Assembly (NCBI GenBank): GCA_964627245.1 | Contig: CAZVGS010000007.1 | Coordinates: 1 to 59,491 of the forward strand | DNA length: 59,491 bases | Direction: 5' to 3' | From: an uncultured Gammaproteobacteria bacterium | Lineage (GTDB): Bacteria; Patescibacteriota; Microgenomatia; Levybacterales; GWA1-39-11 | Shown: in pieces, positions 26,892 to 36,346 of the stretch | Layout of the letters: each line of letters starts with the position of its first letter | Position numbering within the stretch: the first letter of the stretch is position 1 | Translations under genes and position numbers: made by a program | The notes under the pieces: generated by a model | The model's database searches: none | What the model was told of the DNA's origin: nothing | The model's input: only the letters and a program-made list of their open reading frames with translations

Positions 26892-27793
26892 TTTCAGAAA
26901 CAAAGAAAAAGATTGTGGCAGTAACGGGAATGACAGGCGTAATTGGTAGCATTTTAAGCGAGGAGCTTTCAAGTGAATATTTCTTGGTTGATCTATACCA
27001 TAAAGCCAAACATGGCAAAAAGAAGTTTGTTAAAAAACATATTTTTATTGATTTATCAAAAAAAAGGAATATCTTAAAGGCATTGGAAGAAGCCAGTCCC
27101 GATGTAGTTGTACATATGGCTGCGATTACACACATCGATGCATGCGAAGTTGATAGAAAGAATGGAAAAAGTGGGATTGTTTGGAAAGTGAATGTTGAAG
27201 GAACTAAAATTGTGTCTGAGTTTTGTGCAAAAAATAAAATTCCGTTAATTTTTCTTTCGACCGAATGTGTATTTGACGGCAGAAAAGAATTTTTCGAGGA
27301 AAATGATAAAAAGAAACCTATAAATTGGTACGGAGTTACTAAGAATGAGGCTGAGGAAATAATTTTCAATTCAGGCGCAAAGTTTGCGGTAATAAGATCA
27401 GTCGTTGCATATCATCATAACGATAAAGCCAAAACAATATATGGAAAAATCCTGAAAGGTTTGAAGTCGGGATCCAAGCTATTTATGGTTGATGATCAGC
27501 TGTTCACACCAACCTATACTTACGATATCGTAAAAGCAGTGCACAAAGTAATTGACAAGAATTTACGTGGCGTGTTTCATGTTGCACCCCAAAAGAACTT
27601 ATCACCCTATTCGTTTGCTTTGCTTATAGCAAAAAAAAATAAGATTCTTTCAAAGAATGTTATCAAAACAAAACTTGTCAATTTTTATGGACAGGACAAA
27701 GCGTCTCTAAGATTGAAAAACTCATCTTTGCTTGCTAAAAAGTCCATCAAAGAATTGAAGTTTAGAGCCCGGATTCCGGACAAAGTTATATGA
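26888..27793 (+). CDS. RmlD-like NAD(P)-dependent nucleotide-sugar 4-ketoreductase (SDR)
   Basis: 301 aa. Motifs: VAVTGMTGVIGS, VVHMAAITHIDACE, FLSTECVFDG, WYGVTKNEAE (YxxxK), VDDQLFTPTYTYDIV. Confidence 0.7.
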   Translation: MISETKKKIVAVTGMTGVIGSILSEELSSEYFLVDLYHKAKHGKKKFVKKHIFIDLSKKRNILKALEEASPDVVVHMAAITHIDACEVDRKNGKSGIVWKVNVEGTKIVSEFCAKNKIPLIFLSTECVFDGRKEFFEENDKKKPINWYGVTKNEAEEIIFNSGAKFAVIRSVVAYHHNDKAKTIYGKILKGLKSGSKLFMVDDQLFTPTYTYDIVKAVHKVIDKNLRGVFHVAPQKNLSPYSFALLIAKKNKILSKNVIKTKLVNFYGQDKASLRLKNSSLLAKKSIKELKFRARIPDKVI

Positions 27794-28725
27794 GTAAATT
27801 AGTCTCAATAGTCATACCAACATACAACAGGAAAGAAATGGTTACGAATTTGATAAAGAGTTTGCTCTCCGGGTCATACAAGAACATTGAAGTAATTGCG
27901 GTTGATGATGCTTCAATTGATGGTACGAGCGAGCATTTACAAAAAAAATTCGGTGAAGAACCCAAAGTAATTATTATCAGAAATAATAAGAATATGTTTG
28001 CCGCAGGAAGTAAAAACGTTGGTCAAGGTAAGGCTAGGGGGGAGCTTATTGCATTTATAGATGATGACAATATTGCCGATAGTAAGATGATTGAGGAGTT
28101 GGCAAAGGTGCTGGAAAGTGAACCTGACATTGGAGAGGTGGGCCCGGTGAATTACGTTCTTGGTAAGAAAAGTAAGGTTTTACTTGCTGGGTCTACTAGA
28201 AGTATGTGGACAACAAGAACCAGTCACGCAAGGTCACTTAAAGGTTATAAAAAAGATTTTTGGGAGACTGATGATATACCAAATGCATTTATGGTGAAAA
28301 AGGAAGTTGTCTTAAAAAACAAAATTAAGTTTAACAGAAGATTCGGAATAATGTATGAAGAAAGCGACTACGCCTATAAAATAAGAAAAGCAGGCTATAA
28401 AATTCTATTTGTTAAAAAGGCAAAAATATATCACAAGATCGATTATAAAGATAAGGATTTTATTTCACATTTCCTTGCTGATGAAAGAAGGCCTTTTGTT
28501 TTTGCAAGAAATAGGGTTGTGTTTCACTATCTCTATTCTAGCTTTCTGCAGAATTTATTCATAACCAGCTTTTGGGTATGGTTTTTTTCAGTCTATTATG
28601 CTATGAAATTTGTTCAGTATAAAGATACTGAGGTTTCCATAATGAAAAGACTAAGCGCGGTAATTAGCTATGTCAGCGGTACAGTAAATGGCATAGTATT
28701 GGTTGCAGCAAGAAAAAAATTTTGA
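27790..28725 (+). CDS. Glycosyltransferase family 2
   Basis: 311 aa. Motifs: VSIVIPTYNRKEMV, VIAVDDASIDGT, FIDDDN, ESDYAYKIRKAGY. Confidence 0.85.
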   Translation: MSKLVSIVIPTYNRKEMVTNLIKSLLSGSYKNIEVIAVDDASIDGTSEHLQKKFGEEPKVIIIRNNKNMFAAGSKNVGQGKARGELIAFIDDDNIADSKMIEELAKVLESEPDIGEVGPVNYVLGKKSKVLLAGSTRSMWTTRTSHARSLKGYKKDFWETDDIPNAFMVKKEVVLKNKIKFNRRFGIMYEESDYAYKIRKAGYKILFVKKAKIYHKIDYKDKDFISHFLADERRPFVFARNRVVFHYLYSSFLQNLFITSFWVWFFSVYYAMKFVQYKDTEVSIMKRLSAVISYVSGTVNGIVLVAARKKF

Positions 28726-28738
28726 GGTTAAATAAAAA

Positions 28739-29446
28739 ATGATCTGGAGTATTTATTATTTTTTTGTAAGAAAAATTCAACCTGGCTTCTTAATTAAAAA
28801 GAAGTCATTAGTGGTTGATATTGGGTCCGGGGACAAACCCTTCTGGAGGGCAGATGTTTTTGTCGATGACTTGTCACTTGGGGATGTTCAAAGAGCATCA
28901 GAAAGTAAGACCATTCACAACCTTGGAATTTTTGTCGACGCTAATGTTAACTCTCTGCCTTTTAGAGATAAGTATTTCGATTTTTCTTTCTGCAGTCACT
29001 TATTGGAGCATGTTGATGATCCCGCAAAGGCAATTGGTGAGATAACAAGGGTGTCAAAGGCTGGGTACGTAGAGATTCCCAATGGAATAATAGAATCGGT
29101 TCAGCCTTTTATAAGCCACTTATGGTTTGTATATATAAATAAGAAAAAGTTAATTTTTGTCAGGAAAAGTAAAAAAATGCATGAGGTGTTAACTCAAAAC
29201 AATAATAAGTTTTTCCCCGTCATAAATAAATCAAAAGATCCATTTATAAGACTATATTGGAATAAGAAAATAGAATTTGAAGTAATTGATCCGCTGAAGG
29301 TTAAGGATAAATACTATTCTCCAAAAAAACTTCCGAAGACTAGTGTAAGAAAAAATTACTACATACAGCTAGTGAAAATCTTGAGATATTTTTTTTATGA
29401 AAACAAAAGTCATAAGAGCATACAAGGGTTTTCAAAAAATGTTTGA
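28739..29446 (+). CDS. Class I SAM-dependent methyltransferase (Methyltransf_11-like)
   Basis: 235 aa. Motifs: VVDIGSGDKP and LPFRDKYFDFSFCSHLLEHVDDPAKAIGEITRVSKAGYVEIP. Confidence 0.75.
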   Translation: MIWSIYYFFVRKIQPGFLIKKKSLVVDIGSGDKPFWRADVFVDDLSLGDVQRASESKTIHNLGIFVDANVNSLPFRDKYFDFSFCSHLLEHVDDPAKAIGEITRVSKAGYVEIPNGIIESVQPFISHLWFVYINKKKLIFVRKSKKMHEVLTQNNNKFFPVINKSKDPFIRLYWNKKIEFEVIDPLKVKDKYYSPKKLPKTSVRKNYYIQLVKILRYFFYENKSHKSIQGFSKNV

Positions 29447-30239
29447 CGCGAATAAAAAACTATATTTCCTTTTTTCCTATATATATAACGTTATAAAATC
29501 TCCTTTTGAAGTAAGGAAGGGTAGAGCATCAGTTGTTGTGGCTCAGGCAATTTGGGTACTTAGACGTTTAGGTTTGCAAATACCAATGCCAAAAATTTTT
29601 TCCGGTGAATACTTTGAAACAATTTTTGGAAAATTTTTTGTAAATCCTGACCTGATAAGCATCTATGCAGTCTCTCCGTCATTTGAAAGAGCAGAGATGG
29701 AAATGCTTATCAATATGATTAGGAAGGAAAGTGAAAAAAGAAAAAGAATTCTTTTTATTGATATTGGGGCCTTTTTTGGATTGTATACAGTTGCAGTTGG
29801 CAATAAATTTAAGCAGAATAATAAGGTAGATATTGTTACATTTGAGCCTGGAAGTGATTATTTGTCTGATTCGACTCTCAAAATTCTTGAGAAGAACATA
29901 CTAATTAACAATCTTAGAAGGGCTGTTCTTCACAAGTATGGAATAGGATCAAAGGTTGAGAAAAATAAGTATGGGATTAAGACAAAACCTTTAGACAAAT
30001 TTATTAGTCTTAAGGACTCTAAGCAGTATGATGTTGTTTTCATAAAGTTAGACGTTGATGATTTTGTTGAAGATGGCTTGAAGGGAATACAAAAAAGCGT
30101 TGAGAAATTTTCAGATGTGTATCTTCTAGTCGAGGATTTTGTAAAGCCAAAAAAGGTTTTCCCGTATCTACAAAAGCATGGCTACACACTCATAGAAAAA
30201 CCAACTCCATATAACAGTTTTTGGAAATATAAAAAGTGA
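29397..30239 (+). CDS. FkbM-like methyltransferase
   Basis: 280 aa. ATG 29439 is an alternative start that gives an 8-nt overlap. Motifs: FIDIGAFFGLYTV, TFEPGSDYL, IKLDVDDFVEDGL. Confidence 0.55.
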   Translation: MKTKVIRAYKGFQKMFDANKKLYFLFSYIYNVIKSPFEVRKGRASVVVAQAIWVLRRLGLQIPMPKIFSGEYFETIFGKFFVNPDLISIYAVSPSFERAEMEMLINMIRKESEKRKRILFIDIGAFFGLYTVAVGNKFKQNNKVDIVTFEPGSDYLSDSTLKILEKNILINNLRRAVLHKYGIGSKVEKNKYGIKTKPLDKFISLKDSKQYDVVFIKLDVDDFVEDGLKGIQKSVEKFSDVYLLVEDFVKPKKVFPYLQKHGYTLIEKPTPYNSFWKYKK

Positions 30240-32542
30240 AAAATTTTCTTAAAAAAAGAATGATACTCATAAGCAACATTTTAGTTACCGTATTTCTTAT
30301 AGTGCTTCCTTATTTCTTGTTCCAGGGAAAATACTATATAAGTGGTGATGACACACGGCTCTACTATATTTATCCCTATGAATATTTGGTCGAATTTACT
30401 TTTTCTTCTTGGCACCACTTTTCATCAGTAGGTGCAAACGGTCCAACTCAATTTATGATGCCATTCCTGATTCTATGGTCTCTGCTAGATGCAGTTATTG
30501 AATCAAAGGTTATACTAGCTTACTTGGGTTTTTCTTCACCATTAATACTGGGCTTCTTATTCTTTCAACTTTTTGTAAGAGAACTTGTATCCAAAAAATA
30601 TAGCTTTGAATCTCTATTAGGCTCGTTAATGTTTATAGCTTCACCCATTCTTATGTCAAATCAGTATTTTATTTTTCTATCTACAATTTGGCTTGTGCCA
30701 CTCCTTCCTCTGATTTCGTATTTGTATCTGAAGTACATTTCTACCGGGGATAAAAGATTTTTAGCAGTATTGGTGATAAGCACTTTTTTTATGTCGTTAG
30801 GTTTATTTTCTATACCTTGGGTTGTAGGGTATATATTGCCGATATTTCTAGGAGCAATACTCATCTTCAGCTTGATTGAAAGAAAAAAGCTAAGGCTATA
30901 CATACCTAGAACACTTATATTTTTTGGAATGCTGGCAGCTACACAGTTTTTTTGGCTTTTTCCATTCATAATGACTTATCTCGGTACTTCTGAAGTTAAC
31001 TTTGGATCAAAAGTACTTTCAAAAGACGTAATGGATACTTTTTCGCCGACAGTCTTAGCAACTGCAACGGGGAATATTCTCTATCCAATGCTTAATCTAT
31101 TTCATAGACAAATAGCCATGGATTTTGGGTGGCAGCTTCGCACTGTATTTAATTCATTTTTTGACATACTGCTTCCTATAAATGCTATTTTTCCAGCTAT
31201 ACTTTTTCTTGGACTTTTTAGTCTTAAAAAAACTAAGGATAAAAAAATAATGTTTGCTTACCTACTATACTTAGGAGCATTTGCTGTAGCCCTCTTTCTA
31301 TTTACAGTAAACGTAGGTCCACTGAAGAATTTATTTTTATATTTAGGTAATATCCCTGGGTTTGTGATGTTTAGAAATTTTTATGATAAATTAGGCCTTT
31401 CTTACATCCTTATTTACTCAGTATTGATCTGTTTTTCGTTAGTTCTCATTAAAAACCTAAATAGGAAGATTTATATATTAACTGTAATTATTTTTCTTTC
31501 TGTTATTTCAATTAATTTTACAAGAGTAGGTGATATTGTTAACGCGCCTCTATGGCAAACTTCTAAAGTTGGTAGAAATATATCAATTTCAAGTGAGTAC
31601 CTAAATTTTATGAGTGAAGTTAGAGATACCGTTCCTTCAACCAGCAATATACTAACAATTCCCTTCGGCACTGCATTGTACTCGGTAATCAAGGATGCAA
31701 ATTCCGATAACGTTTACGTAGGGACATCGCCCGTCAAGCTTTTTTCGGGAGTTAATGATTTTTCAGGTTATTTATCCTTTTACTTTTCAGATGCAAAAGG
31801 TATTATTGAAAATCTCATAATAAGCAGAGATTATGAAGGCTTAAAAAAAATTCTTAAGGCATACAATATAAACTATTTATTCTTGAATAGAAACATCCCA
31901 GAAGCTGTCCTTGGCTCTTGGATATTTGACGAAAGAATGCTAAGCGCTCAAGATCAAGAATTCTTTTCAAGCATAGTAGAAAACTCACCTATTCTAGTAA
32001 GTGAAAATAACAACTACGAACTTTATAAGTTTAAAAGCCCAAATATTTTGATCAGTTCAAAGAATTTGTCATTTCAGAAAATAAACGAAACAAATTTCAG
32101 GATTATGATTAAAGGACTAGATAAGAATCAAAAATTGTATTTTTTTGATTCGTATCATAATGGATGGAAAATTTACCCCGAGAAATTTACAGGTTCAAAT
32201 TGGTGTATATCTGAAAATTATTTAGACGGTGTAACGGAGTGCAAAGAGGATTTAGCGTTGTTTGATTTGTCTGAGTTAAAGTTATTCTCAACTAAATCAA
32301 TTGCCGATTCAACTCATAGAGTTTACACAGATTTTTTTGTTAACCAATGGACTTTGAATGCGAAGGATATTGTAAATAATTATCCTCCCGGATATTACAA
32401 GAACAACGAAGACGGTTCAGTAGATGTTGTTTTGAGACTTTATTTTCAACCGCAGCATTATTTCTATATAGGGAGTATTTTGAGTTTATCCATCTTGATT
32501 GGAAGTTTGTTTTACTTATTAATAAAGCTTATTAAAAAATAA
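30236..32542 (+). CDS. Large polytopic membrane protein, AftD/DUF3367- or YfhO-like GT-C candidate
   Basis: 768 aa, GTGA-coupled. N-terminal loop YYISGDDTRLYYIYPYEYL..SW..SVGANGP. About 12 TM helices, motif PGFVMFRNFYDKLG, a soluble C-terminal domain (SYHNGWKIYP) and a terminal TM anchor. Confidence 0.4.
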   Translation: MKNFLKKRMILISNILVTVFLIVLPYFLFQGKYYISGDDTRLYYIYPYEYLVEFTFSSWHHFSSVGANGPTQFMMPFLILWSLLDAVIESKVILAYLGFSSPLILGFLFFQLFVRELVSKKYSFESLLGSLMFIASPILMSNQYFIFLSTIWLVPLLPLISYLYLKYISTGDKRFLAVLVISTFFMSLGLFSIPWVVGYILPIFLGAILIFSLIERKKLRLYIPRTLIFFGMLAATQFFWLFPFIMTYLGTSEVNFGSKVLSKDVMDTFSPTVLATATGNILYPMLNLFHRQIAMDFGWQLRTVFNSFFDILLPINAIFPAILFLGLFSLKKTKDKKIMFAYLLYLGAFAVALFLFTVNVGPLKNLFLYLGNIPGFVMFRNFYDKLGLSYILIYSVLICFSLVLIKNLNRKIYILTVIIFLSVISINFTRVGDIVNAPLWQTSKVGRNISISSEYLNFMSEVRDTVPSTSNILTIPFGTALYSVIKDANSDNVYVGTSPVKLFSGVNDFSGYLSFYFSDAKGIIENLIISRDYEGLKKILKAYNINYLFLNRNIPEAVLGSWIFDERMLSAQDQEFFSSIVENSPILVSENNNYELYKFKSPNILISSKNLSFQKINETNFRIMIKGLDKNQKLYFFDSYHNGWKIYPEKFTGSNWCISENYLDGVTECKEDLALFDLSELKLFSTKSIADSTHRVYTDFFVNQWTLNAKDIVNNYPPGYYKNNEDGSVDVVLRLYFQPQHYFYIGSILSLSILIGSLFYLLIKLIKK

Positions 32543-34161
32543 TGTTCTTAAGAAAAATATTTTTGGTAATAATCATTCCAGGAGTTCTATTTATCATTGG
32601 ATTTACCTCATCGCTTTTATTGAGCAGCGATAGCTTCTCAGCACTTACATACCATAATCCAAAACTTAATATTGCAAAGAATCCTGAAAGGGTGCTTGTG
32701 AAGGGAGACATGATTATGGGTAGTTTTACAAGCAGTCAAGACAATCTGGGGATTATATCGTTAAATTTTAAGAAATATGAAGGGGGAAGCTATCAAGGAG
32801 AAGACAGGCTGATTTTTAGAATAAAAGAAGAAAACAGTATCAATTGGTATTACGTTAATGAGTATGGAATAGGTACTTTCCAAAAGTCATTCACCTTACC
32901 CTTCGGGTTCCCAATTATTTCAGATTCAAAGGACAAGAATTATATCTTTGAGATCGAGTCAATGGCAGGAAACGGATTTAACTCGGTAATCCTTGATAAA
33001 AGAGTTATTTTCAAGAGCATTCATAAATTTTCAAAAGCAGAAATATTGAGTTCAAAGAGATCAGCTATTAAATTTATGATTCTAAAGACATATGTAGGAT
33101 ATACAAATCCGGAATTCATCTACCATTCTGTCATATTTTATATGCCATTATTTGCTTATCTGCTCCTCATTCTTTTTAGAAGAAAAATTAGATTTCTTAA
33201 GAGAGGCTTAAGTCAGATTATAATCGTATTTGTTGTGGCGGACTCACTCTTGCTACAGGACTCGAATGCTGGAGTTTTTTTTATAGCATTTGGAATCTGG
33301 GTCTATTATGTAAGGGCCCGTAGACTAAAAAGTGAAGAATCCTTCTTGAATGCTTTAATTATACTTACTTTTTTACTGTTGCTGACGTATATAGGAATTG
33401 ATAGAGGAAATGATAAACTTTCTGCATACAGTTTTATCTTTTTAGCCATCGGATCTATTCAATTATCTATTGAGATAAGAGATAAATACAAAAGGAAGCG
33501 GGGACAGCAATCTGCAAGCAAGACATTCAAATATGGAAATCTTTTTGGAAATGCAACGCAGCTTTTCAGGCAGGATTTATACCAAAGAATTGGATTAAGA
33601 GGAATGTTTAAAAATAAAAAGGTGTTAGATTTGGGCTGCGGCTATGGAATTGAGTCTGTAAATTTTACTAAATTTGCAAAAAGTGTAGTTGGATCTGATA
33701 TTGAGATACACAACACTTGGAATGATTATAAAAGCAAGAAGTTAATTTTTGTAAAAGCAAATTCGCAAAAATTGCCTATGAAGAGCAATACCTTCGATGG
33801 GGTATATCTTAAAGACCTTCTTCATCATGTGAATGATCCCAAAAAGACTTTGTCTGAAATAAGAAGAGTATCAAAAAGTAACTCAAACATTGTTATCATC
33901 GAAGGCAATAGATACAACCCGATGTTCTTCCTTCACGCAACTCTCTTAAATGGTCATAATCATTTTGCCCAACAAGATTTTCGAAAATTAGTGCTTGAAA
34001 CCTTTCCACAGGCAGAGTTCTTAGCATTGGAAGCATATCCTCCCTATTTTCTGAATAAGCCTCTCTATAAAATTGTGCTTTACTTGGTAAAGTTCACTCA
34101 GAGGACTAAAATATTATCACGCTTCTTTTCATATAATGTAGCAATAATACGACGAAAGTGA
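32542..34161 (+). CDS. Fusion protein: N-terminal extracytoplasmic plus polytopic membrane domain, C-terminal class I SAM methyltransferase
   Basis: 539 aa. TM1, then a ~150-aa hydrophilic domain, then 4-5 TM helices. C-terminal motifs VLDLGCGYGIES and FDGVYLKDLLHHVNDPKKTLSEIRRVSK. Confidence 0.65.
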   Translation: MFLRKIFLVIIIPGVLFIIGFTSSLLLSSDSFSALTYHNPKLNIAKNPERVLVKGDMIMGSFTSSQDNLGIISLNFKKYEGGSYQGEDRLIFRIKEENSINWYYVNEYGIGTFQKSFTLPFGFPIISDSKDKNYIFEIESMAGNGFNSVILDKRVIFKSIHKFSKAEILSSKRSAIKFMILKTYVGYTNPEFIYHSVIFYMPLFAYLLLILFRRKIRFLKRGLSQIIIVFVVADSLLLQDSNAGVFFIAFGIWVYYVRARRLKSEESFLNALIILTFLLLLTYIGIDRGNDKLSAYSFIFLAIGSIQLSIEIRDKYKRKRGQQSASKTFKYGNLFGNATQLFRQDLYQRIGLRGMFKNKKVLDLGCGYGIESVNFTKFAKSVVGSDIEIHNTWNDYKSKKLIFVKANSQKLPMKSNTFDGVYLKDLLHHVNDPKKTLSEIRRVSKSNSNIVIIEGNRYNPMFFLHATLLNGHNHFAQQDFRKLVLETFPQAEFLALEAYPPYFLNKPLYKIVLYLVKFTQRTKILSRFFSYNVAIIRRK

Positions 34162-36128
34162 ATTACAAAAAAATAATCACATTCTTACTTCTTCTACTGT
34201 CTGTATTACTTGTTTATAGAGAGTGGTTTTTTGGAGGCCTAATCACTGCTGGGGATTTTTGGCCATATTTTCAAAGCATGTACGAGCTTAGAAGTACTAT
34301 GCCGTTTGCTTGGGATCCAAATGGAGGAGGGGGAATGGGTGCTAACTCGATTCCATTTCTTTGGATTCACATGAATTTTGGAATTGGCATAGATATATTT
34401 GGAAAATTACTTGGATTAAATTGGCCCATCGTTGAGAGGTTATATTATTTAATCCCTCTACTGTCGCTGTTACTGGGTAGTCCTTACCTTTTATTTAAGA
34501 AACTTTTTCCTGACAGCAAATTCTCAATTTTTGCGACCGTAATATACGGATTTAATACCTATATACTAATGGTTATTGGCGGAGGACAACTTCACGGCGT
34601 TGGAATGGCATATGCTTTGGTTCCGCTTATTATTTGGGCACTTCTACGTACTTCTTTTACAAAGCGTTCAATTTGCATTCTTTCAATCCTATTTTCTGCT
34701 TTATTGCTTTTTGATATCCGCATTTTTTATTTATCACTCTTTCTTGCTGTCGGAGTAGTTATTGTTTTAAGAAATAAATTAGGAAAATCTATACCTTATC
34801 TAATATTGGTTCCGTTGGCCGTTACTTTGCTAATCCACGCATTTTGGATCTTGCCGTTAATAATTTATCCGCACAACCCAATAGAAAATTTAGGCAGCAG
34901 TTATGGAAGTTTGGACGCTGTAAGATTTTTTAGTTTTGCACAACTGGAAAATTCAATAGCGCTTCTTCACCCAAATTGGTACGAAAATGTATTCGGTAAA
35001 GTCGGGTTTATGAAGCCTGAATTTCTCATTATTCCAATAATAGCTTTTGCAAGTATTCTTTTAATAGGTAAGGAGAAAAAACACAAAAAGATAATTTTGC
35101 TCTTTTCAAGCATAGGTCTTATAGGAGCCTTTTTAGCAAAAGGAGCAAATGAACCATTTGGAGAAGTTTATCTTTTTATGTTTGAAAGATTTCCGGGGTT
35201 TCAAATGTTCCGGGATCCGACAAAATTTTACGTTCTAACTGCTCTTTCTTACTCTATCTTAATTCCATACACGCTAGAAAGCATTTATATTAAATTGAGA
35301 AAAATTAAAAAAATATTTTCTACTGGTTTTTTAGTTTTTTCCGGTTTGCTTTTTATCATTCTATTATGGCCTGCGATTTCAGGGCAACTTGGAGGGACAT
35401 TCAAGACTGTAAATATCCCAAATGATTACGTAAAACTCGAGAATTTTCTCCGGCAGGGCAAATCTTTTTATAGAACTCTTTGGGTTCCTGATATCCAGCG
35501 GTTTGCTTACTTTACAAATAACCGGCCGGCGGTTTCATACGACCGCTACAAACCGAAGTTGAGTGCGGAAAACCTGAGAAGACTTTCCATAAAATACGTT
35601 ATTGTGCCGTATGATGTAAATGGAGAAATTTTTGTAACTGACAGAAAATTTGATAATGTAAAATATCTCAAAACAATAGAAATTATCGAAAAAGTTGATG
35701 GACTTTTTGAAATTGATAGATTTGGAAAAGTAAAAGTTTATGAGGTGCCGGATCCTCAGCCTCATTTCTGGTCCGAGAAGAAAGGGCTTATTGGAAATGT
35801 AGAAGTAAAAAATCCTACGCACTATAGAGTAGATATCTTAGATGCTGAAGCAGGAGATGAGCTTGTTTTTGCGGAAAGTTTTGATGCATTTTGGTTTGCA
35901 AGGAAAACTGAAACTCTTGATAGAAAAATAGATCTAAGTACATCTCTACCTTCAAATCCGCATCAACTCAAGCTTAACAGCTTTACTCTTAGAGAAGCAG
36001 GAAATTATACATTAGATGTATTTTACTTAAAGCAGAAGTACGTTGAAGTGGGAGGCATGATCTCAATGGGTACACTTATTACCGTACTTGTAATTATTTT
36101 GGGTAATAAAATCCGATTCAAAAAATGA
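34158..36128 (+). CDS. Large polytopic membrane protein, AftD/YfhO-like GT-C candidate (distant paralogue of the gene at 30236)
   Basis: 656 aa, GTGA-coupled. Motifs: ITAGDFWPYFQSMYEL..WDPNGGGGMG and PGFQMFRDPTKFY. Soluble C-terminal domain (ESFDAFWFARK) and a terminal TM anchor. Confidence 0.4.
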   Translation: MNYKKIITFLLLLLSVLLVYREWFFGGLITAGDFWPYFQSMYELRSTMPFAWDPNGGGGMGANSIPFLWIHMNFGIGIDIFGKLLGLNWPIVERLYYLIPLLSLLLGSPYLLFKKLFPDSKFSIFATVIYGFNTYILMVIGGGQLHGVGMAYALVPLIIWALLRTSFTKRSICILSILFSALLLFDIRIFYLSLFLAVGVVIVLRNKLGKSIPYLILVPLAVTLLIHAFWILPLIIYPHNPIENLGSSYGSLDAVRFFSFAQLENSIALLHPNWYENVFGKVGFMKPEFLIIPIIAFASILLIGKEKKHKKIILLFSSIGLIGAFLAKGANEPFGEVYLFMFERFPGFQMFRDPTKFYVLTALSYSILIPYTLESIYIKLRKIKKIFSTGFLVFSGLLFIILLWPAISGQLGGTFKTVNIPNDYVKLENFLRQGKSFYRTLWVPDIQRFAYFTNNRPAVSYDRYKPKLSAENLRRLSIKYVIVPYDVNGEIFVTDRKFDNVKYLKTIEIIEKVDGLFEIDRFGKVKVYEVPDPQPHFWSEKKGLIGNVEVKNPTHYRVDILDAEAGDELVFAESFDAFWFARKTETLDRKIDLSTSLPSNPHQLKLNSFTLREAGNYTLDVFYLKQKYVEVGGMISMGTLITVLVIILGNKIRFKK

Positions 36129-36337
36129 AACCGCAAGATATATTTTTTATCATAATTTTAATTATTTTATTATATAAGAAAAAACCGGAATGGCTTGTTT
36201 TGGGCGGCATCGTGTGCATACTTATTGCAATACCGCTCTTTTCCTTCTGGATATTCTTCACAGCGCAAAGGCTTGTTTACTACTCATTCTTTCTCTTTCT
36301 TATAGCAATACTTCTATTTGCCTTCAAAAAAAGATAA
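36125..36337 (+). CDS. Small hydrophobic membrane protein (70 aa, 2-3 TM)
   Basis: ATGA-coupled to the upstream gene. Almost entirely hydrophobic (IFFIIILIILLY, LVLGGIVCILIAIPLFSFWIFF, YYSFFLFLIAILLFAF). Confidence 0.45.
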   Translation: MKPQDIFFIIILIILLYKKKPEWLVLGGIVCILIAIPLFSFWIFFTAQRLVYYSFFLFLIAILLFAFKKR

Positions 36338-36346
36338 AATTAAACA

